Source: a virus (Duplodnaviria > Caudoviricetes). Taken from it: a stretch of 48,192 bases of DNA. The DNA is taken from IMG/VR virus record IMGVR_UViG_3300030330_003556, positions 1 through 48,192 of that record; one strand, given 5' to 3'. Made by a program: the position numbers and the translations under genes. Shown in pieces: positions 47,786 to 48,192 of this stretch. Below the pieces are notes generated by a model, which was not told the origin of the DNA, did no database searches, and saw only the letters and a program-made list of their open reading frames with translations. The stretch's first letter is position 1; each line of letters opens with the position of its first letter.

Positions 47786-48177
47786 TATTCTCCTACGTAA
47801 GCTACGATATGACCTGAGTCAACGTCAATTTCAGTCCATCTACCATATATAGTTACTCCTTTTGGAAATGTAACTGCGTCAACTACTTTACCACCAGTAC
47901 CTTCATCTGTAGTTGCTGCCGCTAAATCATTAGCTGGTTGATCTGTACCTATATATATATCACCTGTTTTTGCAGAGTCAGCTGTTGAGGTTGCGCCAGG
48001 CACCAATATTCTTTCTGCAACTAAACCTCCAGCAGCATCAAAAACTGTATCTGCTAACATTGTTATAGCTACAAACACTTTGCCTGTTGGAGGTTTTATT
48101 GCGTCAGAACTTGCTGTAGTGTATGCCGAGCCTAACTGCCCAAAGCCGTAACTTACTTCTGTTGAATTTATTCCCAT
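47785..48177 (-). CDS. small beta-rich structural protein (spike-base-like)
   Basis: FVAITML.DTVF and TFPKGVTIYGRWTEI.V.SG..VAY; TAATG-coupled to the LamG gene. Confidence 0.55.
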   Translation of the reverse strand: MGINSTEVSYGFGQLGSAYTTASSDAIKPPTGKVFVAITMLADTVFDAAGGLVAERILVPGATSTADSAKTGDIYIGTDQPANDLAAATTDEGTGGKVVDAVTFPKGVTIYGRWTEIDVDSGHIVAYVGE

Positions 48178-48192
48178 TTTATTTTTTTACTT

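Noticed and set aside
551-47852. Short antisense and alternate-frame ORFs in the track (e.g. 1927-2199, 9043-9432, 13802-14110, 24859-25221, 45715-46029)
   Set aside because: They lie within or across well-supported genes and show no motifs; they are shadow ORFs
1-48192. Stop-codon reassignment as in some crAss-like phages
   Set aside because: Long ORFs tile both arms under the standard code with tight junctions

Overview
AT-rich, densely coding segment of a tailed dsDNA phage, most likely a podovirus-type phage of marine Bacteroidota (Flavobacteriia). The host call is inferred from A-rich leaders without Shine-Dalgarno sites, an SSB ending in DLPF, an Hc1-like protein and a Flavobacteriales-type C-terminal secretion signal. 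Two convergent arms meet at a bidirectional terminator near 8.13 kb. The + arm (1-8116) carries recombination, replication and nucleotide genes: ERF, PD-(D/E)XK exonuclease, SSB, primase-helicase, a TS-family enzyme, two all-alpha NTP pyrophosphohydrolases, a resolvase-like nuclease, class II RNR and Hc1. The - arm (48177-8130) carries a GroES-like protein, terminase, portal, scaffold, major capsid, tail proteins, ejection proteins, an envelope module, basic proteins, an M15 endolysin and four paralogous small beta proteins. Three observations stand out. (1) A 2978-aa polyvalent virion protein has a zincin HExxH motif and six recurring x[QKD][FL]S[KRS] motifs that bracket sigma-like, HNH-like and HAD modules, suggesting a self-processing injected polyprotein. 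(2) A late-region envelope cassette encodes a T9SS-type Cys-repeat surface protein, an outer-membrane beta-barrel, a CxxC-less thioredoxin fold and a Cys-rich micropeptide. (3) The TS-family gene carries the dCMP-specific Asp of T4 gp42 and sits beside two NTP pyrophosphatases, suggesting cytosine modification. I saw no tRNA, CRISPR array, integrase, reverse transcriptase or DNA polymerase. All family calls come from motif recognition by eye, not from database searches.
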